From Octopus bimaculoides (Eukaryota), in contig NC_069005.1 in the NCBI RefSeq assembly GCF_001194135.2, positions 31,041,257 to 31,104,700 on the forward strand: 63,444 bases of DNA. The letters run 5' to 3'. The first letter of the stretch is position 1, and the number at the start of each line of letters is the position of its first letter. The position numbers were made by a program, and so were the translations under genes. The notes below the pieces were generated by a model. It saw only the letters and a program-made list of their open reading frames with translations, made no database searches and was not told the origin of the DNA. Of this stretch, positions 51,828 through 62,225 are shown one piece after another.

Positions 51828-52122
51828 AGTGTGGGCTACTAACCCCAAGATTCTGAGTTCGATTCCAGGCAGAGACCTGAATAATAATAATAATAATAGT
51901 AATAATAATAATATGGAAAAATACCTTAGGAATGAGAACCCAGGTTCAAAATTTCCCCAAATACCTTAGGAATGAGAACCCAGGTTCAAGATTTCCTCAA
52001 GACACCTGATGAAGGCTAGAGGGTATATCAGCCGAAACGTTGTGTTAACAACAAACAAGATGAGGAGAAATATCCGTCAATTGTAGATAATGTAAATAAT
52101 TCCTCAGCTCTTGAATATAGAA
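51828..52122 (+). mobile_element. 295-bp SINE-like retroposon: tRNA-Ile-like head, (AAT)n, 40-bp tandem duplication, hammerhead ribozyme, tail
   Basis: Flanked by CTAATGGCACAAG (51815-51827) and CTAAAGGCACAAG (52123-52135), inside a minus-strand family D SINE. B box GAGTTCGATTCC at 51855-51866. Confidence 0.75.
52001..52046 (+). ncRNA. Minimal type I hammerhead ribozyme
   Basis: GACAC-CTGATGA-A-GGCT-agagggtatatc-AGCC-GAAA-CG-TT-GTGTT: stem I GACAC/GUGUU, canonical core, stem II GGCU/AGCC, palindromic ACGU stem III. Predicted cleavage after GUU at 52041. Confidence 0.8.
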
Positions 52123-52322
52123 CTAAAGGCACAAGGGATGAAGTTTTGTGGGAGGGGACTAGTCAGTTACTTCAACCCCAGTATTTTATTGATACTTATC
52201 GACTCTGAAAGGATGAAAGGCAAAGTTCATCTTGGGCTGAATTTGAACTCAGAAAATCAAGACAGATGAAATGCCTCTATCCATTTTGCCTGACATGTTA
52301 ATGATTTTACCAGTAGCTGCCT
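52123..52322 (-). mobile_element. SINE family D (host of the hammerhead element)
   Basis: ggcacaag..gaagtttt..gggaggggactagtc...aaaggatgaaaggcaaag...gaatttgaactcaga. Its short remainder lies left of 51827. Confidence 0.75.
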
Positions 52323-52537
52323 CAATAATAATAATAAAAATAATAATGGCACAGGGTAAGCAGTTTTAAGAGGAGGTGGAGGAGGAGTTAGTTATATTGA
52401 TCCCAATATCTCCCTGAAGAGCCGAAAGTCAAAATTTTACCTTGGTGGGTTTTGATCCCTGAATGTAAAGCCAGAGGAAATACCACAAGGCATGGCATTT
52501 TTTTCTGGTGTTCTAATGATTCTGCCAATCTACAACC

Positions 52538-52573
<36 letters not shown>

Positions 52574-53013
52574 TCTAGTGTGAACTAGAGGTATGACGCT
52601 ATGAAACTTTCTTCAAAACCTATAATTATGTGTCTCTTTCATTTATTGTATTCTTAAATGGCTTAAAGAAAAGTATAGAAGATAAAAAAAAACCCAAAAA
52701 CCCAAACAAAACAAAATGATCTCTCTGCTGCTTGGAAGGACAGCTAAAGAAGGCATTACCAATAATCAGCTTAATAGCTTTTACACACACACACACAATG
52801 TATATATCATTTTCATCTATCTGTTTTCCATGATAGCTTGGGTTGGTTCGTTTGCTGGTTGGCTGGTACAAGATCAAATGATGTTTTGCTCCAATGTTTC
52901 AGTTTTTCACTGGGTTTTCGCAGCTGGGTGTCCTTCCTAATGCCAACCACTTTACAAAATGTACTGGGTTTTCGCAGCTGGGTTGGACGGTTTGACTGGA
53001 ACTGCTAAACTGG

Positions 53014-53172
53014 AGAGCTGCACCAGCTTCCAGTCAGATTTGGCATGGTTTCTATGGCTGGATAACCTTCTTGTGGTCCAGCTACTCATTTCACTCTTGG
53101 AGTGGTTCACGTTCGGAAGGACATCCATCCATAGAAGCCATACCAAATCAAACTGGAACCTGGTGCAGCTCT
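53014..53172. repeat. Inverted pair of family C tails: 57-bp arms, 45-nt spacer
   Basis: 53014-53070 versus the reverse complement of 53116-53172 gives 49/57 matches by manual count. Confidence 0.9.
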
Positions 53173-53330
53173 ACAGCATATATACATACACACACACACA
53201 CACACACACATAAATACATTCGTGTGTGTGTGTGTTTGCAAAAGCATGTTACTAGATCTTACTCGTATGCATCTGACAGCTATGGTGTTTTTCATATAAG
53301 GCTATTTATCAAGTTGATTGTCATCTCTCC

Positions 53331-53377
<47 letters not shown>

Positions 53378-54451
53378 TACACGTGTGTGTGTCTGTGTCT
53401 AGATATTCAGTCACAGACAGATAGAGAGATGTAGATATGCCTATCCTTTTGCGTGGGATTCTGCACATGTTGATAGCTTATTAATTTTACTAAGACTAAT
53501 ATCCTACCATGTCTAACAGTGTTAAAAAAAAAATACTGGATTATAGAATATTACGTGATTTTGTCCAATTTCTCTCTAATCTGTTCAAATATAATTTAAT
53601 ACCGCTCGAGGCAAGTATAAAGACAAGACCTGCCATCCTCCCTTTCACATTTTTTTGCATTTTATTTGTCTTGATTTTTTTCTCTTTTACCCAACTTAAT
53701 CTCGTTTGGTGTCTCCTATTTTCCTGGCTAATTATTATACCTGATGTCTCTTAATAATCCCAGAATTACAGTTGGGTGTTTCTGGAAAGAGCTCATGCTG
53801 TTTAGTGTATTTGTAGTTGTTAGGGTTTTGCACTTTAAAAAAATCTTGTGATTATGGTTTCAATTCGTGGACCAAGCATTGCACTGTGCTCTTGAGCAGA
53901 ACACTTCATCTCATGTTGCTGTGCATCCACTCTGACACCTGATGTGTGGAACTCTGTGCACCTGTACAGGTACTGTCAATTTGATGAATGGAATGAGCTT
54001 GTGTGCAGCCTAAACCAGATACCTCATTTGTCCTCTATCACACGAGCCCGTCAGTGCTTGTGCACATACATAAAATAGGTTCCTTTATCCATCCTATTGG
54101 TTTCGGTCATCGATTTTTGGTCACACAGGATTTGGGTTTTAACGAATTACATTGATTTCCTTTCCTCCCCGTTACTTAATCTGGCCGTCCTTTTATCGAT
54201 TTTCATTTAACAATTGCTTTCAGTTCACATATGTTCTTTTTTAGGGAGTTACCCCCTCTTTGGGTGCATATACGACAATGCTGTATTGCACATGCACCCT
54301 TGCTACCATTCAGTACTGCGCTTCATACGCAACTGTTGTATATTTGCTTAAAGAGAGAATCACTCTGTTACCAGCAGGCATAGTTACACCCTGACCTTCT
54401 TCCCTGCCACCCTGTTCTGCTAATAATAATAATGAAACACACACACGCACA

Positions 54452-54485
<34 letters not shown>

Positions 54486-57400
54486 AATGTTCATTACTCC
54501 CCATCGTGGCTTTAGTCATGTCTAGAACACAGAGGAAGGAACCAATTAACTAATGAAATTCGTTTCTAGCAGTCTCATCAGACGTAATTAGTCAGGCCAT
54601 GTTTGTTCTCTAATGTACTAAGTATTTGTTCCCTCTGATTATATTGTCTCGATGAACTGTTATGTCTGTGCCGTGGAGTAGTAGTGCTAACATACAAATA
54701 TGTATTTGTGTGTGTGTGTGTGTGAGTGTTTGTGTATATACATCTATACTATCTATGTAGATCTCTCTCTCTAAATATGTGTGTGTGTGTGTCTATATGT
54801 ATAGGAAAGTTTAGATCTCACCTTGTAAAGCTGACAATTGTTTCTGTTGCATTAACATATATATACATACACATACATATACATACATACATACACATAC
54901 ACAAACACAGTCATATACATACATATATACATACATATGCCACATCACAAGAGACTGCAGAAGTTGATATGGAAGACGTCAAGAAACAAGCTGAAAGGAT
55001 ACGTTGAATAGGTTTGACAAATATTGAAGACTGGATGCCCAAAGCCATAAGTTATAAAGAAATAAAAATGCCTTTACCCAGTAGTAGAAGAGCAATAACT
55101 GGTTTGATTGGTTGATGCACACGCACAAACACATACACACACACACACCGTCGCTGCAGTGCGTCTTGCGACAATCCAAGAGTTTCACCTCTAACATTGC
55201 AATACGATTGGCCCTGATCTCTCTCTCTTCTATCATTGCCTTGTTGTGAATGGAGACCGATGGATGAAGCACAGATGAGGCCATTTTCCATTATTGCATG
55301 CTTTCCAGATGCAAGCCAGCAGGGCTCACTGGTTCAGGCAAATTTTCTGTTACTGGATGCTCTTGGTGTTGCCAACTTTCACCTGATTTTCACACATCAA
55401 AAGCTACAAGACCACTGAAGCTACAAAGCCTTTGCTCACTGGAAAATGTAAGTGAAGGCACTATTTTTACTCAGGCTGTGTTAATAAGGATACATGGAAA
55501 TGGCGTTCTTTCACCTAATTTGAGACGAAATAGCAGATAGGCTGGAATGTAATTGGTAACACAGTTGCCCATTAATTGCTCAATAAAGTTACATGGTTAA
55601 AATCTCAGCAACAGGCCCCTAATTCTGTTGTTTTATGTCCCAGATTAGCACATCTCTCTTCAGTTATCACATGCATTGTGCTTGAGAAGACCTGTCAAGC
55701 CAAGTGAGACTGTATTTGTGGCTGATTCCAGTGTCATGTAACTGACATGTAAAAATCACTCCTCAAACGTTGGGCTCTATGTTGTGCTTGAGAAAACTTG
55801 AGAAAAAAGTGGAAGCATGTAGCTTAGTGGTTAGGGTGTTGGACTCCTGATAATAAGATTGTGGTTTCAATTCCTGGATCGGGCGACAGGTTGTGTTCTT
55901 GAGCAAAACACTTAATTTTACGTTGCTCCTGTCCACTCAGCTTGCAAAATTGAGTAATCCTGCAATAGACTGGCATCCTATCCAGGTGGGGAATTCATAC
56001 GCCATGAAACAGCAAAACTGGCCCTTACGAGTTAACATGATTCGAAAAGGCAACTTTACCTTTTTTTTTTTTTTTTCTTGCCAACTACAGGAGTTGATGG
56101 AATTGACTTTGCATATCCTTCAAAAATTTATAACCAAAAAACACCTTGTAAAGAAAGATTTCGGAAGGTTTTGTTGATGGAGCAAAAAGACAGGTCAAAT
56201 TGTAGTGACAGTNNNNNNNNNNNNNNNNNNNNNNNNNNNNNNNNNNNNNNNNNNNNNNNNNNNNNNNNNNNNNNNNNNNNNNNNNNNNNNNNNNNNNNNN
56301 NNNNNNNNNNNNNNNNNNNNNNNNNNNNNNNNNNNNNNNNNNNNNNNNNNNNNNNNNNNNNNNNNNNNNNNNNNNNNNNNNNNNNNNNNNNNNNNNNNNN
56401 NNNNNNNNNNNNNNNNNNNNNNNNNNNNNNNNNNNNNNNNNNNNNNNNNNNNNNNNNNNNNNNNNNNNNNNNNNNNNNNNNNNNNNNNNNNNNNNNNNNN
56501 NNNNNNNNNNNNNNNNNNNNNNNNNNNNNNNNNNNNNNNNNNNNNNNNNNNNNNNNNNNNNNNNNNNNNNNNNNNNNNNAGGAATAAAATTATCTCGCTT
56601 GTTTCATTTTGTTATTGAGCACAAGGTGAACATCGTTATTAGTATTATTTATGTAATTATTAACTAAACACTTACTCTCCCTCTCTCCGACCCCTCCTCT
56701 GCTATCTCTTCTCTCTCGCCCATTCTCCTTTTATCTACTCTTCCCTCCACCCCCACCCCCCATACTCAAGACCTATTTACATTAAATATATTCCACTCCA
56801 CCTCTTGGCATATATTTTCTTCTTATCTTGCTTCAACTTTTTCTTTTTTTTTTTGCTAAATCTTACATTTTAATACAATGTGTCGTGTATGCATATGCAT
56901 TGTGTTTGTGCACATGTGGGCATGTACACATTAGTGCATGCAAGCATCTACATGCACACGCATATACGTATACTCATCACGGCATTGATCAAAACACCTG
57001 AAATATGATTTTTTTTTTCTTCTCTTTTACAGTTTTCATTTGTTAATGTCCTTCCTCTCACCTCCCCTCATCATAAATTCCTTCTTTGTTATCTGAGCTC
57101 TCTTTTTCCTATTGAATGTTGCATTTAAAGTTGTGTGTGTACATGTATGGCACTGTATATATGTGTGTGATGTTGAGTGTGTGTGTATATATATATATAT
57201 AAATATATATATATCCGTGTTTGTTTGTGCATGTATGTGAGAGAGAGACACATTGTGTGTGTAACTATATATATGTGTGTAGCGACATTGAAGAAATACC
57301 TGGAATTTTTCGGTCTATTCCTTTGTGTCCTGTGTGTTGTTTTCTCGTGTGTTCTTCCACTTATTCAGGTATATTTTTATTGAACCTTTCAAATTAACCA

Positions 57401-57741
57401 TTTCTGCTAGCTAATTGCTCACACAGCTCTCTTTTTGCATGGTTTCTGTTATTTTTTTCTAATTTTTAATTGCTTTATGTCAATGAATTACAAATTGCTT
57501 GAGTTGTATGCGGTGTATTCAGTTCAAACTTAAATTAATAAAACCACCAGCGTAACTTCTCCATTAGTTAGGGGGTCCTTTTTTTTTTCATCCACGCGTA
57601 TAGATTGTTCAGAAGTTAAGTTGTTTCTTGTATTTCTTCCTATTATTGTCTGCCTGCTCAAAGATATTTGGCAATTCATGAGAAGATTCCATCCTGTTTC
57701 TGTTTATGCATGCACACACACATACACACACTCACACTTCA

Positions 57742-58498
57742 GAGGTGTACTTGCCTGGCAGGTGATTCGATGTGGGACACTGTGTTGAAACTAAAACAAT
57801 TCCAACATGGAAGATGCATATTAGCCAGTCAAAAACACTGTTAACTTCACTGAAATATCATTTGGTGTCAAAATTGGTCACACCGATCACATCAGTGACC
57901 AGGTTGCAGTTGGTGTGAAGAAAATTTTGCCATCAAATAAGGGTTTCAATGAAATTTAAATTTTTGTATGTTTTGGAATGGCTGATATGAGCCTTCTATC
58001 TTATAATTGTGTGTGTGTGTGTGTGTGTGTGTCTGTGTGTGTTGGCATGTGGCTTAGTGGTTAGGGTGTTGCACTCATGGTTCTGATTTTGTGGTTTCGA
58101 TTCCTGGACCAGGCGATGCGTTGTGTTCTTCGGCAAACACTTCATTTCATGTTGCTCCAGTCCACACAGCTGACACAAACGAGTGGTTGGCATTGGGACG
58201 AGCATCCAGCTGTAAAAATACTGCCAAATCAGACTGGAGGCTGGTGCAGCCTCCTGGCTTCCCAGACGCCAGTCAAGCTGTTCAACCCATGCCAGCATGG
58301 AAAGCAGACGTTAAATGATGATGATGATTTATTATGGCCAGAATTAGCTGTTTCAGTTTTCAATTTTCCTTTAAATCTTGTGTGTGTGTTCTATAAAAAA
58401 AGAAAAAAGACATCTAGTGGAGAAATGATATATTGCTCAGAGCTTTCAAATAGTGAAGTAGGCTTTTTGAAGTAAATATTTGTGTGTGNNNNNNNNNN

Positions 58499-58535
<37 letters not shown>

Positions 58536-58704
58536 AATGACCAGGTTGAAGTTTGATGAAAATTTTGATGCAAACTAATAAATGTCTGAGTGAAGTTAAC
58601 AATTTTTGTTTGCTTTTTGACTGGCTAATAATCTGTGCCTTCCAAGTTGTAATTGCTTTAGCTTCCTCAAACAGTCTCTGATTAAATCACTTGCCAGACA
58701 TCTC
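57742..58704. mobile_element. Old long-TIR/fold-back element interrupted by a SINE
   Basis: 57742-57851 and 58589-58704 are degenerate inverted copies (ttagccagtcaaaaa/tttttgactggctaa, gttaacttcact/agtgaagttaac, ctggcaggtgatt/aatcacttgccag). Confidence 0.55.
58040..58325 (+). mobile_element. Composite SINE: family A head and CORE-like domain fused to family C tail
   Basis: ggcttagtggttagggtg...gtttcgattcc...ttgctccagtccacacagctg joined directly to gagtggttggcattggg...cccatgccagcatggaaagcagacgttaaa(tga)n. Confidence 0.75.
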
Positions 58705-58794
58705 ATTAGCATCGTCATTTAATGTCTCTTTTTCCCTGTTGTCGCGAGCTGGATGATTAGACAGGATCTGGCGAGCTGCAACTCTTTTTCAAAT

Positions 58795-59060
58795 TCCAGT
58801 GTCAGCTGGTGGCACGTAAAAAGCACCATCTGAATGTGGCTGATGCCAGTGCCGCTTGACTGGTTCCCGTGCAGGTGGCATGTAAAAAGCATTCACTACA
58901 CTCTCGGAGTGGTTGGCGTTAGGACGGGCATGCAGCTGTAGAAACTCTGCCAGATCAGATTGGAGCCTGGTGCAGCCATCTGGTTCGCCAGTTCGCAGTC
59001 AAACCGTCCAACCCATGCCAGCATGGAAAACAGACGTTAAATTATGATTATGATGATATA
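58795..59060 (+). mobile_element. Family C repeat with (ATG)n end
   Basis: ggtggcacgtaaaaagcacc...gggcatgcagctgtagaaactctgccagatcagattggagcc...cccatgccagcatggaaa. Confidence 0.85.
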
Positions 59061-59419
59061 TATATATAATCTAAAGGCAGTGCTCCAGCATGGCCACAGT
59101 CAAATTATTGAAACAAGTAAAAGAACAAAGGCAAAAAAATATATATATATTAATTTCTTAGGAATTTTTATGGACTACTTTGAGTGAGAATGTACATTTA
59201 TGAAAACAACAGTTTTTATTTATTCATTTACCAATTCTGTTGCCGTGACGACGGTGATGGTGGTGGCAGCTTTTTAAAGTCAGGCACTGCTTTGTCAATG
59301 AAACAGTGTTGTATTATTAATATTGCATTTGATGTCGGAGCGGCAAAGAAATCGTAACTTATAACCTTATTTGCTTCATCTGTACGAATACATAATATGT
59401 ATTAAAGTAACAAATGAGA

Positions 59420-59690
59420 CAAACAACAACAACAACAACAACAACAACAATAACAACAACAACATCACTGCCATTCACCCATCAGTGTTGCAAACAACAA
59501 CAATGTAGCAGCAATACCACCATGACCAACATTACCAATTCCAACATCCCCACCACTAAAAATTAATACCATCATCACCACCACCACCAAGAGCAACAAC
59601 AATTCTGTCACCACCACCACCACCAACAACAGCAACAACAACAACCAGACTACAACGCCACCATCAACAGCAGCAGCAGCAGAGTAGCAA
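59420..59690. repeat. (CAA/CCA/CAG)n compound repeat
   Basis: Directly visible triplet arrays. Confidence 0.85.
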
Positions 59691-59796
59691 TTAGATCAGC
59701 CAAGAAAATGAATTAAACAAAGTCTATAAAAGCGCAGGTGCTATTCTTTGAGCTGAATTTACAAAATTACACTTATTGACTGCTTCTGTGTTCGTT

Positions 59797-59827
<31 letters not shown>

Positions 59828-60467
59828 ATTTGTTTTTATTTANNNNNNNNNNNNNNNNNNNNNNNNNNNNNNNNNNNNNNNNNNNNNNNNNNNNNNNNNN
59901 NNNNNNNNNNNNNNNNNNNNNNNNNNNNNNNNNNNNNNNNNNNNNNNNNNNNNNNNNNNNNNNNNNNNNNNNNNNNNNNNNNNNNNNNNNNNNNNNNNNN
60001 NNNNNNNNNNNNNNNNNNNNNNNNNNNNNNNNNNNNNNNNNNNNNNNNNNNNNNNNNNNNNNNNNNNNNNNNNNNNNNNNNNNNNNNNNNNNNNNNNNNN
60101 NNNNNNNNNNNNNNNNNNNNNNNNNNNNNNNNNNNNNNNNNNNNNNNNNNNNNNNNNNNNNNNNNNNNNNNNNNNNNNNNNNNNNNNNNNNNNNNNNNNN
60201 NNNNNNNNNNNNNNNNNNNNNNNNNNNNNNNNNNNNNNNNNNNNNNNNNNNNNNNNNNNNNNNNNNNNNNNNNNNNNNNNNNNNNNNNNNNNNNNNNNNN
60301 NNNNNNNNNNNNNNNNNNNNNNNNNNNNNNNNNNNNNNNNNNNNNNNNNNNNNNNNNNNNNNNNNNNNNNNNNNNNNNNNNNNNNNNNNNNNNNNNNNNN
60401 NNNNNNNNNNNNNNNNNNNNNNNNNNNNNNNNNNNNNNNNNNNNNNNNNNNNNNNNNNNNNNNNNNN

Positions 60468-60530
<63 letters not shown>

Positions 60531-60548
60531 ATGCATATATAGGTGCAG

Positions 60549-60592
60549 GTAGGACTAGTTTCACCTGAAAAATTAGAAGCTCATCAGTAGTG
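60549..60592 (-). ncRNA. Hammerhead-like relic with ACTAGT palindromic stem III
   Basis: Minus strand reads CTGATGA-GCTT-ctaatttttc-AGGT-GAAA-CTAG-TC: core intact, GUC triplet, wobble-rich stem II, stem I not formed. Confidence 0.45.
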
Positions 60593-61654
60593 ACCACTCT
60601 ATCATGAAATATATATATATATATATATGTGTTATATAAAATATGTGTATACATAATGTATAATATATATAAAGTAGTCACAGGAGACAAAGACACGCAC
60701 AGATATATATGCATACACAATGGGCATCTTTCAGGTTCCATCTACCAAATCCACTCACAAGGCTTGGGTTAGCGCGAGATTATAGTGGAAGACACTTGCC
60801 GATGTGGGCTTGGGCCTGGAACCATGAGTTAGGGGAGCCAACCTCTTGCTACACTGCTGTGTAGACACAGAAACGTTCTTGTTCCTTTCACCACTTTTTG
60901 ACTCGGTGAATATTGAGGATGTAACAGCTGGAGGGGGAGATAAGGAAGGAAAGAGAGAGGGGGAGGGAGAGGTGCATCGACACTGGATGGGGACTCGTGG
61001 ACTGGAGCTACATGAAATGAAGTGCCTTACAGAAGGACTCAATGCACTACCTGTCCCAGAAATTGAACCCAAGCTGTTATTATCATGATCAGTACTCTAA
61101 CCTGTAGGCTATGCACCTTCATAAGTATCCTATACTATTTGTTGAGTTTGTTCTCTGCCTGCCTGCCTGTCTGTCTATCCCCCCCTCTCATCTCTCTGCC
61201 GTTTCCAAAGTCTCCTTTAGTTCTACCATTACCACCGACCACCATTAAACCGGTCCGTTAAAAGTAGTTCTCTGTTCTGAACTGAGTTCAAGTTTATTGC
61301 AAAATATTATTTGTCCATTCCTATAAACTAATTGAGGTTCAATTAAATTTAATTAATATTTAAATACTGCAATCTTGTTAATGGAGTCAGGCGCCAGACG
61401 TGTTAGCAAATTAGATTTGCTGGATTTAAATGCATTTTGTAGAGTTTAGAATTTCTTCGTCTTTGCATTTTAGAAATGAAAGAGTGAAGGGGAGGAGTAA
61501 GTGAGGGGAAGAGGAGGGAGGGGCAATTTTTGTAAAATGCCTTGTTAATAAATCTTAATTAAGAGAAGGTTACTCGTTAATTGATTTAAGTGAAATATAT
61601 TAAGATAAATGTGGGGCCCTTTTCTATAGTTTAAAATAGCTTTTGTCTTTATCT

Positions 61655-61836
61655 GTTATTGGTTTCTCTAGACTGAGGCCATGCTGGACCACCACCTTGA
61701 AAGGTCCAGTCAAACAAATTGAACCCAGTACTTTTTTTTTTTAAGCCTGGTATTTATTCTGTCAATCTCTTTTGGTCAAACCACTAAGTCACAAGGATCT
61801 AAACAAACCACCGATTGTCAAGCAGTGTTGAGTCAT

Positions 61837-61872
<36 letters not shown>

Positions 61873-62010
61873 GGCTTTTTTCAGTTTCTATCTACCAAAT
61901 CCACTTGCAAGACTTTGGTTGGTCTGGGGCTATAGTAGAAGACACTTGCCCAAGGTGCCATGCAGTGGAACTGAACCTGGAACCATGTGGTCTGGGAGCA
62001 AACTTCTTAT
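61655..62010 (-). mobile_element. SINE family B with internal (CA)n
   Basis: Reverse complement of the family B layout, from ggccatgctgg to gaaccatgtggtctgggagcaaac. Confidence 0.8.
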
Positions 62011-62019
62011 TTCTTTATG

Positions 62020-62225
62020 GCCCACAAGGGGCTAAACATAGAGGGGACAAACAAGGACAGACAAAGGGATTAAGTCGATTACATCGACCCCCCCTCTCCC
62101 AGTGCGTAACTGGTACTTAATTTATCGACCCTAAAAGGATGAAAGGCAAAGTCAACCTCGGTGAAATTTGAACTCAGAACGTAACAGCAGACGAAATACT
62201 GCTAAGCATTTCGACTTCTTACCAC
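62020..62225 (-). mobile_element. SINE family D, well conserved
   Basis: ccagtgcgtaactggtacttaatttatcgaccctaaaaggatgaaaggcaaagtcaacctcggtgaaatttgaactcagaacgtaac. Confidence 0.85.

Noticed and set aside
52414-52430. CTGAAGA-GCC-GAAA-GTC
   Set aside because: No stem II, and it lies within a degenerate family D SINE motif.
54560-54582. Minus-strand CTGATGA-GACTGCTA-GAAA-CG
   Set aside because: Stem II cannot pair and the conserved U before the cleavage site is absent.
54935-55110. Protein-like + frame (ETAEVDMEDVKKQAERIR*IGLTNIEDWMPKA...)
   Set aside because: Interrupted by a stop, embedded in microsatellites, no splice signals, and no motif I can assign.
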